This document shows positions 10,412 to 18,691 of a DNA stretch of 64,000 bases, piece by piece. The DNA lies in the IMG/VR virus record IMGVR_UViG_3300024346_000043; one strand, 5' to 3'. How positions within the stretch are numbered: position 1 is the first letter of the stretch; each line of letters begins with the position of its first letter. The stretch is from an uncultured virus (IMG/VR IMGVR_UViG_3300024346_000043). Lineage: Duplodnaviria > Heunggongvirae > Uroviricota > Caudoviricetes. A program made the position numbers and the translations under genes. Below the pieces are notes generated by a model. It was not told the origin of the DNA. It did no database searches and saw only the letters and a list, made by a program, of their open reading frames with translations.

Positions 10412-11257
10412 ATGTCAAAAACATTCTTAAAAATTACCGAACAAGAAAATACCTTACTAGTTGTAGACTCACTTAATCTTGCATTTCGCTATAAACATAG
10501 TGGTGCTACAGATTTTGCTGAAGATTATTTACGAACAGTTCAAAGTCTTAAAAAATCATATAAAGCAAGTCATGTGATTATTGCTGGAGATATGGGATCA
10601 AGCTCGTATCGTAAAGCTATTTATCCTGAGTACAAACAAAATCGTAAAGATAAATTTGCAGAACAAACTGATGCTGAAAAAGCAGCGTTTGAGCTGTTCT
10701 TTGAAGACTTTACAAAAACACTAGAACATATTGCTGAAAATACTGAGTTTCCAATTTTACGCTTTCAAGGCGTTGAGGCAGATGACATTGCAGCATATAT
10801 TGTATCAAAAAAATCAAAACTCCCTGTTGATAATATCTGGCTAGTTAGCTCAGATAAAGATTGGGATTTATTAGTTCAACCTAACGTATCAAGGTTCAGT
10901 TATGTTACTCGCAAAGAAGTTACAATTGATAATTGGAATAACCACTATGACTTTAATCCAGAAGACTACATTAGTATTAAATGTCTTACAGGCGATAGTG
11001 GTGATAATGTTGTTGGGGTGCCTGGTATTGGACCTAAGCGGGCCGTGGGATTGGTTAATGAATACGGCAGTACTTACGATATTATTGCGAGCATTCCTAT
11101 TAGTGGTCGATATAAATATATCCAAGCCCTAAATGAATGTAAAGATACCCTAGCCTTAAACTATAAATTAATGGATTTAGTTACCTTTTGCGAAGAAGCA
11201 ATTGGGACTGAAAATTGTAAACAAATTGACGAAACCTTAGAGTTATATTTAAAATGA
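10412..11257 (+). CDS. D15: Flap endonuclease / 5'-3' exonuclease (T5 D15)
   Basis: VDSLNLAFR, YPEYKQNR, GVEADD, SSDKDW, GDSGDNVVGVPGIGPKRA. Confidence 0.95.
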   Translation: MSKTFLKITEQENTLLVVDSLNLAFRYKHSGATDFAEDYLRTVQSLKKSYKASHVIIAGDMGSSSYRKAIYPEYKQNRKDKFAEQTDAEKAAFELFFEDFTKTLEHIAENTEFPILRFQGVEADDIAAYIVSKKSKLPVDNIWLVSSDKDWDLLVQPNVSRFSYVTRKEVTIDNWNNHYDFNPEDYISIKCLTGDSGDNVVGVPGIGPKRAVGLVNEYGSTYDIIASIPISGRYKYIQALNECKDTLALNYKLMDLVTFCEEAIGTENCKQIDETLELYLK

Positions 11258-11733
11258 ACGGAATAACAACTATTAGCACTAACGGTGCATATAATATAAA
11301 TACCACCATGTGCTATACACAACTAGAGTGCTTACCAAAGCCAGGAGCTAAGCTTCCTGAGCGTGCACATCCAACAGATGCTGGAGCAGATTTATTTGCT
11401 TATGAAAATTTGGAAATTTATCCAAACGAGCAAAAACTTGTTGATACGGGTATAGCAATTAAAATTCCACATGGCTTCGGAGGCTTTGTGTATAATAGAA
11501 GCTCTCAAGGAAAAAAAGGAATTACTATCCCTCACAGCGTAGGCGTGATAGATAGTGGTTATCGTGACACAATTAAAGTTTTGTTAAAAAATATCGGTGA
11601 TGACCCTTATAAAATTACAGCTGGTGACAGAATTGCCCAGTTAGTTATTAAGAAAGTCGAACTATTTGGTTTTAAAGATATTTGGAACGACTCTACCCGA
11701 GGCACAGGAGGCTTCGGTTCAACAGGAACATAA
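11254..11733 (+). CDS. dut: Trimeric dUTPase
   Basis: AGADL, RSS, GVIDSGYR, RIAQL, RGTGGFGSTG motifs. Confidence 0.96.
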   Translation: MNGITTISTNGAYNINTTMCYTQLECLPKPGAKLPERAHPTDAGADLFAYENLEIYPNEQKLVDTGIAIKIPHGFGGFVYNRSSQGKKGITIPHSVGVIDSGYRDTIKVLLKNIGDDPYKITAGDRIAQLVIKKVELFGFKDIWNDSTRGTGGFGSTGT

Positions 11734-11740
11734 GGAAATC

Positions 11741-13705
11741 ATGCAGGTAAGCACCAGAGCACAAGTAATAACACGTCGTACATATAATAGACCCACCTCA
11801 GACGACGGAAAACAATTTGAAACGTGGCAAGAAACAGTAGCTAGAGTTATAGATCACCAAGAATGGTTGTGGCAACGAGCTGCAAACCGTGATCTAACAG
11901 ATACCGAGTATGCAGAACTCTACGATCTTGAACAATTAATGTTAGACCGTAAAGTTGCCATGAGTGGTAGGACTCTTTGGCTTGGTGGTACAGATGTAGC
12001 TAAAACTCGTGAAGCTTCACAGTTTAATTGCTCATTTACTCATGTAGAAACTGTATACGATGTAGTAGATTGCCTATGGCTTTTACTACAAGGATGCGGA
12101 GTAGGATTTAAACCAATTGTTGGTACACTAAATGGTTTTTCAAAACCAATTAAAAATATTCGTGTAGTACGTAGTACTCGTACAGCTAAAGGTGGATTAG
12201 AGCATAATGTTGAAACATTTGACAAAGAGACTAAGACTTGGACAATTCAATTGGGTGATTCGGCTGAAGCATGGGCTAAGTCTATCGGTAAGCTTATTGC
12301 TGGTAAATATGCTGCTGATACTCTCGTACTTGACTTTAGTCAGTTACGCCCTGCTGGTGAAAGATTAAAAGGTTATGGTTGGATTTCGTCAGGCGATACT
12401 GCAATTAGCACTGCATACGTAGCTATTGCAACCATACTTAATGGTCGCGCCGATAGTTTGCTTACCAGAATGGATATTCTGGACATTATCAATCATCTTG
12501 GTACTATTCTTAGTAGTCGCAGGAGTGCAGAAATTGCACTATTTGATTACGGCCAACCCGAATGGGAAGAATTTGCTGTAGCCAAAAAAGATTGGTGGTT
12601 ATATAATAATTCACATCGTCAACAATCTAATAACTCATTAGTATTTAAAGAAAAACCACTAAAAGCTGACTTGCAAAAGATTTTTGATCTGATGTTAGAA
12701 GCTGGCGGTTCGGAACCAGGATTTATAAATGAAGTTGAAGCCTTACGTCGTGCTCCTTGGTTCAAAGGTGCAAATCCCTGTGTGGAAATACTACTCGGAA
12801 ATAAATCATTTTGTAATCTTACAGAAACAGACATTGCTAAGTTCAAAGGCGACACTTCGGGACTTCACAATGCCATCAGGTTGGCAGCTCGTGCAAACTA
12901 TCGTCAAACTTGTGTAAACTTACAAGATGGTATTTTACAAGAGTCATGGCATTTAAACAATTACTTTATGCGTTTATGCGGCGTAGGTTTAACAGGTATT
13001 GCTAAACGCCCTGATATGAATGGTTACGACTATGAGTATTTAAAGCGTACTGCAACTGGTGCTGCTATTGGTATGGCTCAAGAATTAGACTTACCATCAC
13101 CTAAAAATATTACTTGTGTAAAACCTTCAGGAACTTTATCCAAAATCATGGATACTACCGAAGGGATTCATAAACCACTAGGAAAGCATATTTTCAATAA
13201 TGTACAATTTAGTAAATTTGACCCTGTTGTTGAAGTATTGCGCGCTGCTAATTATAACGTTGTTAACCACCCCACTGATGATAGTGGTGTACTTATTACA
13301 TTTCCTGTTGAGTGGATTGATGTGCCTTTCACTAAAGTTGACGGCAAAGAAGTCAATCTTGATACAGCAGTCGAACAACTCGAAAAATACAAACTAATTC
13401 AGACTTCATGGACTCAGCAAAATACTTCAGTAACAATTAGTTATGATCCTACAGAAGTGCCAGCAATTATTGATTGGTTATTAGATAATTGGGATTGTTA
13501 TGTAGGTGTTTCATTCATCTACAGAACAGACCCTACTAAAACTGCAAAAGACCTCGGATATTTGTATCTACCACAAGAAGTTGTAGATGAACAAACTTTC
13601 CGTAATTATGTACAACAATTAAGCCCCGTAAGCCTAGAAAATGCCAATAGTTTTGATGAAATTATGGGCGAAGAATGTTCTACTGGTGCTTGCCCAATAA
13701 GGTAA
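11741..13705 (+). CDS. nrdJ: Class II (adenosylcobalamin-dependent) ribonucleotide reductase, monomeric RTPR-like
   Basis: RRTYNR, SGRTLW, FNC, RRSAEI, NPCVEI, TCVKPSGT, C-terminal CSTGACPIR; no beta subunit gene adjacent; ATG 11741 with AAGGA SD. Confidence 0.9.
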   Translation: MQVSTRAQVITRRTYNRPTSDDGKQFETWQETVARVIDHQEWLWQRAANRDLTDTEYAELYDLEQLMLDRKVAMSGRTLWLGGTDVAKTREASQFNCSFTHVETVYDVVDCLWLLLQGCGVGFKPIVGTLNGFSKPIKNIRVVRSTRTAKGGLEHNVETFDKETKTWTIQLGDSAEAWAKSIGKLIAGKYAADTLVLDFSQLRPAGERLKGYGWISSGDTAISTAYVAIATILNGRADSLLTRMDILDIINHLGTILSSRRSAEIALFDYGQPEWEEFAVAKKDWWLYNNSHRQQSNNSLVFKEKPLKADLQKIFDLMLEAGGSEPGFINEVEALRRAPWFKGANPCVEILLGNKSFCNLTETDIAKFKGDTSGLHNAIRLAARANYRQTCVNLQDGILQESWHLNNYFMRLCGVGLTGIAKRPDMNGYDYEYLKRTATGAAIGMAQELDLPSPKNITCVKPSGTLSKIMDTTEGIHKPLGKHIFNNVQFSKFDPVVEVLRAANYNVVNHPTDDSGVLITFPVEWIDVPFTKVDGKEVNLDTAVEQLEKYKLIQTSWTQQNTSVTISYDPTEVPAIIDWLLDNWDCYVGVSFIYRTDPTKTAKDLGYLYLPQEVVDEQTFRNYVQQLSPVSLENANSFDEIMGEECSTGACPIR

Positions 13706-13707
13706 AT

Positions 13708-13896
13708 ATGGAAGTAACAAAAGACACAATACTAAAGTTTGAATTTACTATTGAAGAAACAAATAATCTTTTAGCAGGACTTCAAGAGTTAACTGCTAAA
13801 ATTTGTAACCCACTAACAGTTAAGATTCAAAATCAGGCAAGCGAACAGTTGCCTAAACCAGAAACTCCTAAACCAGGTATTTCTGCAAAGAAGTAA
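13708..13896 (+). CDS. Small hypothetical protein (62 aa)
   Basis: ATG directly after the nrdJ stop; amphipathic FTIEETNNLLAGLQEL segment; ends just before the terminator. Confidence 0.7.
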   Translation: MEVTKDTILKFEFTIEETNNLLAGLQELTAKICNPLTVKIQNQASEQLPKPETPKPGISAKK

Positions 13897-13898
13897 AC

Positions 13899-13936
13899 AA
13901 AAAAGCCCCCACAGATTGCTCTGTGGGGGCTTTTTC
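13899..13936. terminator. Bidirectional intrinsic terminator at the convergence of the two gene blocks
   Basis: AAAAAGCCCCCACAGA-TTGC-TCTGTGGGGGCTTTTT, with A and T tracts on either side. Confidence 0.92.
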
Positions 13937-13937
13937 T

Positions 13938-14009
13938 TTAGTATGCCGGTTTTGGTTTCTTACCAGGAACTTTTGGCATTTTTGCAGGAGGTTTTGGTTT
14001 AGTTGCCAT
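13938..14009 (-). CDS. 23-aa Lys/Pro-rich peptide MATKPKPPAKMPKVPGKKPKPAY (not in ORF track)
   Basis: Fills the gap between the upstream gene and the terminator; AGAAAGTA upstream of the ATG as in the polymerase gene. Confidence 0.6.
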   Translation of the reverse strand: MATKPKPPAKMPKVPGKKPKPAY

Positions 14010-14027
14010 AATTACTTTCTATAAATA

Positions 14028-14663
14028 TTAAAGAGGGGTATCTTCGTAACTATCTTCAGTATCTACTGAATCTTCGTCGTGCATGTTATGTAAGTTGCTG
14101 AATACATTAACTAACATATCAAGATAAGGTTGCTCCACCATATGTAGATCTACTAAGTAAACATCTAGGTGATCAAGTCGTAACAATTCTGCGTGATACA
14201 TAAACTGACCAAATGCTTCTAGTTCTTCACTAATGTTTTGATTTGCATAGTTTTCAAGTACTTGTGCAGCTACCATTCGTGCAAGTTTAGGCACAACACT
14301 TTTTTCAGTTAGTTTTATTAAATGTAAAGCTTTGCTTTCACGTTCACGCATAATTTGATTGCGCTTAGCAGTACTCCAAGAGTATCCGCCATCCCCGCCC
14401 CAAAGATCCCAAGCAACACGACCTTTGCTTGGAAAGCCCTCTTCACCGCTGCTAAAACCAGTAGCTTGCTTGTCTACTTCATGACGGCTAAAGAATGAAA
14501 ACATTCTTAATACTGTTGAGGCTGTTAGTGGATCACGATCTTTTAGTTGATTTGCTCGTGCTAAACCAACTAGTGTACCTCCAGGTTTACCATCCGCTCG
14601 CCATTTTAGTGCACGTTTGGCTGCACTTGCCATGCCTGATGTAGGCTTATAAGTTGTTGCCAT
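14028..14663 (-). CDS. Hypothetical phage protein with conserved-looking N-terminal domain and acidic tail
   Basis: GGTLVGLARANQL...RMFSFFSRHEVDK...PSKGRVAWDLWGGD segment recalled from other phage proteins; function unknown. Confidence 0.75.
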   Translation of the reverse strand: MATTYKPTSGMASAAKRALKWRADGKPGGTLVGLARANQLKDRDPLTASTVLRMFSFFSRHEVDKQATGFSSGEEGFPSKGRVAWDLWGGDGGYSWSTAKRNQIMRERESKALHLIKLTEKSVVPKLARMVAAQVLENYANQNISEELEAFGQFMYHAELLRLDHLDVYLVDLHMVEQPYLDMLVNVFSNLHNMHDEDSVDTEDSYEDTPL

Positions 14664-14666
14664 AAA

Positions 14667-15353
14667 TTAATCTCTATAAGCTAAAATAATTTGTTTACAC
14701 ATTTTAGATCTAACAATATCGTCATCCATAAATCTAACGACTTCAATGTCTGGAATACCGTCTAGCCTGTGAATTGCATCTGATAGTCCTGAGTCAGGAA
14801 TATCACTTTGATCTACATCTCCTGATATAATCATTTTACAGTTTTTACCAATGCGTGATAGCAGCATTTTCATTTCTTCTTTAGTAGCATTTTGTGCCTC
14901 ATCTAAAAGAACGATGCAATTGTCAAAAGTTGCACCTCGCATAAAGCCTAGTGGTTTAGGCTCAATTGTTTTTGCTTTTAACGCATACTCATAAAATCCT
15001 TTTCCAAGGCTACGAGCAAATACATTGTCAAAAGGTTCTAGATAAGGAGCATACTTCTCCTCTAGTGTACCTGGTAAAAATCCTAGCCCACGTCCTGTTT
15101 CTACGTTAGGTCTAGTCAGAATTATCTTCTGAATACGTCTATGAAAGAGTTCTCCCGCAGCATATGTTGCTGCTACATACGTCTTACCTGTTCCAGCACT
15201 TCCTACACCAAATACTATTTGGCTAGATTGAATTGCTCTTAGATACTCTGCCTGTATAAAGTTTAAAGGTTTTACATCAGTAAATCCATACTCTACTGGG
15301 TTACGTTCCAATTGAATTACATTGTCGCGTCTTGCTCTTTTACCACTTGCCAT
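14667..15353 (-). CDS. phoH: PhoH-family ATPase
   Basis: GSAGTGKT, LTRP, LGFLPG, FMRGATF, LDEAQN, GDVDQSD, DIVRS. Confidence 0.96.
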   Translation of the reverse strand: MASGKRARRDNVIQLERNPVEYGFTDVKPLNFIQAEYLRAIQSSQIVFGVGSAGTGKTYVAATYAAGELFHRRIQKIILTRPNVETGRGLGFLPGTLEEKYAPYLEPFDNVFARSLGKGFYEYALKAKTIEPKPLGFMRGATFDNCIVLLDEAQNATKEEMKMLLSRIGKNCKMIISGDVDQSDIPDSGLSDAIHRLDGIPDIEVVRFMDDDIVRSKMCKQIILAYRD

Positions 15354-15395
15354 AAACTTCCTTGTAAGGTTGATAAAATTGGTCTGCCTGTTTAT

Positions 15396-15424
15396 ATTAT
15401 AGCAGACCTAGGTTTGCTTGTCAA
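15396..15424 (-). promoter_or_regulatory. Consensus sigma70 promoter for phoH unit
   Basis: Minus strand TTGACA-17 bp-TATAAT with TG extended -10; GGTCTGC/GCAGACC inverted repeat flanks the -10. Confidence 0.85.
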
Positions 15425-15432
15425 ATATAAAT

Positions 15433-15618
15433 TTATTTCTTCTTGGCGTCTTCAACTTTAGTACCTTCAAGCTTTTTGTGCACTTTAACAGTCTTGCACT
15501 CTTTTTGAGTTTTACCTGCTTTATCTGTTTTGTCTTTGCAGACTTTTTTAGTTTCTGGTTCAGCAAACGCAGAAACAAGTGCAAAACTAGCAATAACAGC
15601 TACAATAATTTTTTTCAT
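15433..15618 (-). CDS. Small exported Lys-rich protein with signal peptide and two Cys
   Basis: MKKIIVAVIASFALVSAFA|E Sec signal; AAGGA SD; ATGA-type overlap with the upstream gene. Confidence 0.75.
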   Translation of the reverse strand: MKKIIVAVIASFALVSAFAEPETKKVCKDKTDKAGKTQKECKTVKVHKKLEGTKVEDAKKK

Positions 15619-15833
15619 TTAATTTCCTTAGTTGGTGCAAACTTTTCGCTTGCTGTAAATCCTAATCCTGCAATTACAATATAGATCATAGAATCAAATA
15701 GTTTTGTGTCTATGGGCTTACCTAGTACCATAGCTATAAAAGCACCGGCACATAACAAGAAAGCTAAAAAAGTAACTACTCGCTTACTACTAACGGCGGG
15801 GTCTTGTGATAACATAGTTTTTATTAGACTCAT
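15615..15833 (-). CDS. Two-TM small membrane protein, holin candidate
   Basis: SSKR followed by two hydrophobic helices and a charged C-terminus; downstream of the endolysin. Confidence 0.6.
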   Translation of the reverse strand: MSLIKTMLSQDPAVSSKRVVTFLAFLLCAGAFIAMVLGKPIDTKLFDSMIYIVIAGLGFTASEKFAPTKEIK

Positions 15834-16289
15834 TTAAATCTCCGGGTGAGGTGCTTGTTGAGGAGCAGGCTTGCCATTAATGTAAATAATGTTAGTACTA
15901 GGAGCGCTAGTTCCATTAAAACCTTGAGTAGTAGAAAATCCTGGATTAAATGTAGGCTCTATTTTTACTGGATTAGCTTTAGCATAAGTATTTGAATTTT
16001 CTTGTGCTTGCTTAATCATGTCGCGTTTCATGTCCATTTCTTCTTTGCTACCACCTGCTAACATAATTCCTGATAATGTACCTGTTAAGAAAGTAGCGAT
16101 TGGAATAATCATCTCAAAAAATTTTTGATCAATTGGACTAATAGCGTTTAGTGGCTGAGTAATAAAAATAATTGAGTATAATACTACAAACACAATGCCA
16201 GTTAGTGTAAGCGCAAGACATATGCCAATAAAGAATTTTAGACGCGCCATGAGCTGATCTTCAGTATAGATAATTGGATTACTTTCCAC
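15834..16289 (-). CDS. Two-TM membrane protein
   Basis: GTG start at 16289 with AGGAG SD; helices FFIGICLALTLTGIVFVVLYSIIFI and MIIPIATFLTGTLSGIMLAG. Confidence 0.7.
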   Translation of the reverse strand: MESNPIIYTEDQLMARLKFFIGICLALTLTGIVFVVLYSIIFITQPLNAISPIDQKFFEMIIPIATFLTGTLSGIMLAGGSKEEMDMKRDMIKQAQENSNTYAKANPVKIEPTFNPGFSTTQGFNGTSAPSTNIIYINGKPAPQQAPHPEI

Positions 16290-16584
16290 AGTTAGCTCCT
16301 TGTTTTTGTTGTACCACACAAGCACCTGTTGGTGCAAATGATTGATTATTTGTTTGATTTTGTCCATCTTTGGGAGGTCCTAATCTTGGATCACGTTGGC
16401 CTTTAAAAATATGTTCTGGACAAGTTCGATTAACGTCACAGATTGGTACTTTACAAAAATCTTTTTCCCAGTTTGCAGGGTCTTGACAAGGATAACGATA
16501 ACTATCTTTACCAAAAAATGCTAAAGCTACTGGGATTAACAGCAAAGCTATTGCCCACTTAAATAGTTTTATATCATTGTGCAT
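16279..16584 (-). CDS. Membrane-anchored/exported Cys-rich protein (YRYPCQDPANW motif)
   Basis: N-terminal hydrophobic segment followed by C-x10-C-x4-C-x5-C. Confidence 0.75.
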   Translation of the reverse strand: MHNDIKLFKWAIALLLIPVALAFFGKDSYRYPCQDPANWEKDFCKVPICDVNRTCPEHIFKGQRDPRLGPPKDGQNQTNNQSFAPTGACVVQQKQGANCGK

Positions 16585-16911
16585 TTACTTACCTGTTTGT
16601 TTTTGCAACTGACGAAGTTTTTCTTCGTGAATAGATATTGCTTGCCTATTATCTTGAATTGAGTCACGGTTCTTTTGAATTTCAGCAGTTAAATCTTGAC
16701 GTAGTCGTTCACGAGCAAGCTCACTACTTGTATTTGATGCTTGTTTATTATCACTAGTAACTACTAAACTCATTTTACTCTCAAGTATGGTTACTTGATG
16801 TGCTAGTGTACCTACTGCCGATAGTAAATAACCTACACCTGCAATAATTAATGGTAATAGTGCAAATAACATTTTCTCTATAAATGCACCTTTTGCGTTT
16901 TCTTCTATCAT
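16585..16911 (-). CDS. Single-TM coiled-coil protein
   Basis: N-terminal TM helix, heptad-rich C-terminus; AGGA SD. Confidence 0.7.
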   Translation of the reverse strand: MIEENAKGAFIEKMLFALLPLIIAGVGYLLSAVGTLAHQVTILESKMSLVVTSDNKQASNTSSELARERLRQDLTAEIQKNRDSIQDNRQAISIHEEKLRQLQKQTGK

Positions 16912-16919
16912 AAATTTTC

Positions 16920-17042
16920 CTATCTATATCTGTCTTTATCATTATACCAATCTTTAAACATAACACCAAATACCATTAGTAAAGGAATTATACATAAAAA
17001 GAATATTAAATCACTTGTTGTAATTACTATATTAAAATACAT
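16920..17042 (-). CDS. 40-aa single-TM peptide MYFNIVITTSDLIFFLCIIPLLMVFGVMFKDWYNDKDRYR (not in ORF track)
   Basis: Fills the intergenic gap; GGAGGA upstream of the ATG; hydrophobic core and charged tail. Confidence 0.65.
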   Translation of the reverse strand: MYFNIVITTSDLIFFLCIIPLLMVFGVMFKDWYNDKDRYR

Positions 17043-17045
17043 AGG

Positions 17046-17663
17046 TTATCCTCCACCAATTGCTTTGTCTCGGGCTTCTCGTTCTTTAATTTCACGTTCC
17101 TTATTTTGACGTCTTATTACTGCTGCTCTTTCAGCAACTTTTTTCTCATATATTTTTTGTTCTTCTATTGCACCATAGATACCAATGCCTGCCATTATAA
17201 AACAAAATATAAAAACGCAAAAACCTAAAAAATACATACCAAATAAAAGTTGATTTGCCACTTTCTTTTTGTGAGCTAATACACGTTTTTCTTCTTCGTA
17301 TTCAGCTTCTGCACGTTCTTTAAATAAACGAGTACGCGCTGCAAGCATTTGTGTCCATACTTCAGGTTTACCTAAAGTCCATACAATCATGTCTTTTAAT
17401 TCACGTTCAGCTTGTCGTAATGCATCACTATGCATAGCAATCTGTAAAGCTTCGTGACCTAATTCTGCATCTGTTTTACCTAGTCTACTAGCTTTAGAAC
17501 TTATTTTTGACCGTTCACGATGAATTGCATCTGATGATTCAAAAAATTTACTAAATTGTCCTGCTAGGCTGTTAATGTCTTTACCTAAGGCAACTGCTTG
17601 TTTAATGTAACCAACAGCATTTTGTGCAGCTGCAAAAGCAAGGCCAATTGTAATAGGATCCAT
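17046..17663 (-). CDS. Hypothetical membrane protein (MDPITI... type)
   Basis: Amphipathic N-terminus, coiled coil, one TM helix near the C-terminus. Confidence 0.75.
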   Translation of the reverse strand: MDPITIGLAFAAAQNAVGYIKQAVALGKDINSLAGQFSKFFESSDAIHRERSKISSKASRLGKTDAELGHEALQIAMHSDALRQAERELKDMIVWTLGKPEVWTQMLAARTRLFKERAEAEYEEEKRVLAHKKKVANQLLFGMYFLGFCVFIFCFIMAGIGIYGAIEEQKIYEKKVAERAAVIRRQNKEREIKEREARDKAIGGG

Positions 17664-17666
17664 AAG

Positions 17667-17810
17667 TTACTTTCTATCATCTAGTTTTTTCCATTCAAGA
17701 CAATATACCTTTCTGTTGTAAACATCACCAGTCCACGCCCATTTAACACATACGTATTTAGGAGGAGGAGCAGCAGCAGTTAAAACAACATAAAGGATAA
17801 AAGCAGCCAT
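17667..17810 (-). CDS. 47-aa peptide MAAFILYVVLTAAAPPPKYVCVKWAWTGDVYNRKVYCLEWKKLDDRK (not in ORF track)
   Basis: Starts immediately after the endolysin stop with AGGAG SD and fills the gap; hydrophobic N-terminus and a Cys pair. Confidence 0.7.
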   Translation of the reverse strand: MAAFILYVVLTAAAPPPKYVCVKWAWTGDVYNRKVYCLEWKKLDDRK

Positions 17811-18425
17811 TTAAGCTCCTAGTACATATTTAGCATGCTCATAGTGTTTTATACGATCTTCTAAGCCAATAGTACCACCGTTGATACGTTTAGTTAATGT
17901 TAAAATGTCATCGGCATCTGCCCACTGATTTAGCTTATTTGTTTCCCAGAACCAACAAGCCGACTGTGCAGCACCTTCAAAAGTTTCCATGTATTCTGAT
18001 GCAGCTTCAGGTGAAATTTCTAATGAAGCTGCAAACCAAAAGTAGTTGTCTTTGCCTGTTAGCTGAATTAACCCGCGACCAGAGTAACGATAACCATCGC
18101 CTGTTTCAGGTCCACCATTGCCCATCCTGTTAGCATAAACTAAATTGGCTATTTTTTCTGGCTTGTTTGCATACTGTGTTGCCATCTCGTCTGTTGGAAA
18201 GTATTTGCCAAAAATCTTGCGTAGTGTAACTGCACGATAATTTAAATTTTCTTTGATTGCACGAAAACCACCTGACTCGTGAGCACATTGTGCTAAAAAC
18301 GCAGCCATACGTTGTGGAGTATTGATCTCGTAATCTGGTAATAGTTGTACTAAAGCTTTATGCCAGTACTCTATATGTGGATTTCTTTCAACAATTTGTT
18401 TTAGCTGCTCAAGTGTTAATTCCAT
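17811..18425 (-). CDS. Endolysin, glycoside hydrolase family 19
   Basis: AAFLAQCAHES, ENLNY, GDGYRYSGRGLIQLTGKDNY, TKRINGGTIGLEDR. Confidence 0.93.
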   Translation of the reverse strand: MELTLEQLKQIVERNPHIEYWHKALVQLLPDYEINTPQRMAAFLAQCAHESGGFRAIKENLNYRAVTLRKIFGKYFPTDEMATQYANKPEKIANLVYANRMGNGGPETGDGYRYSGRGLIQLTGKDNYFWFAASLEISPEAASEYMETFEGAAQSACWFWETNKLNQWADADDILTLTKRINGGTIGLEDRIKHYEHAKYVLGA

Positions 18426-18691
18426 TACTTAAATCCTTCGTATATAGTTTTTTGTTCGCTGTACCAACGCTGCCAGGCTTCTAATTTAACAGCACACATA
18501 TAGTATTCACTATAATTAACTGTTATAGTTTTTGCCACATCTGAAAGTTTTGAATCGTCTGCAAGTTTTTGCAGATTAGGACACGGCTCCTGCACTAAGG
18601 CACCTGGAGCTTGCGGAAATTTTGCTGTAACTGGAACGGTTGTAGAACAGGCTGCAATTAGTAAAATTAGTGGTATTAATAATAATTTCAT
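18425..18691 (-). CDS. Outer-membrane spanin (Rz1-like lipoprotein)
   Basis: Lipobox LIAAC, Pro-rich segment, additional Cys; overlaps the i-spanin stop. Confidence 0.8.
   Translation of the reverse strand: MKLLLIPLILLIAACSTTVPVTAKFPQAPGALVQEPCPNLQKLADDSKLSDVAKTITVNYSEYYMCAVKLEAWQRWYSEQKTIYEGFK

Noticed and set aside
648..13397. Short alternate-frame and antisense ORFs in the replication block
   Set aside because: Fully nested in well-supported genes; no recognisable motifs
1..13705. Inteins, introns or homing endonucleases in helicase, polymerase or RNR
   Set aside because: Protein lengths and motif spacing look uninterrupted; no splicing motifs seen
15354..15432. Pho box upstream of phoH
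   Set aside because: No tandem CTGTCAT-like 11-bp repeats; the TGTCA present is the complement of the -35 box
16781..16969. 62-aa ORF from the track
   Set aside because: Overlaps two better-supported genes (16585-16911 and 16920-17042) in another frame
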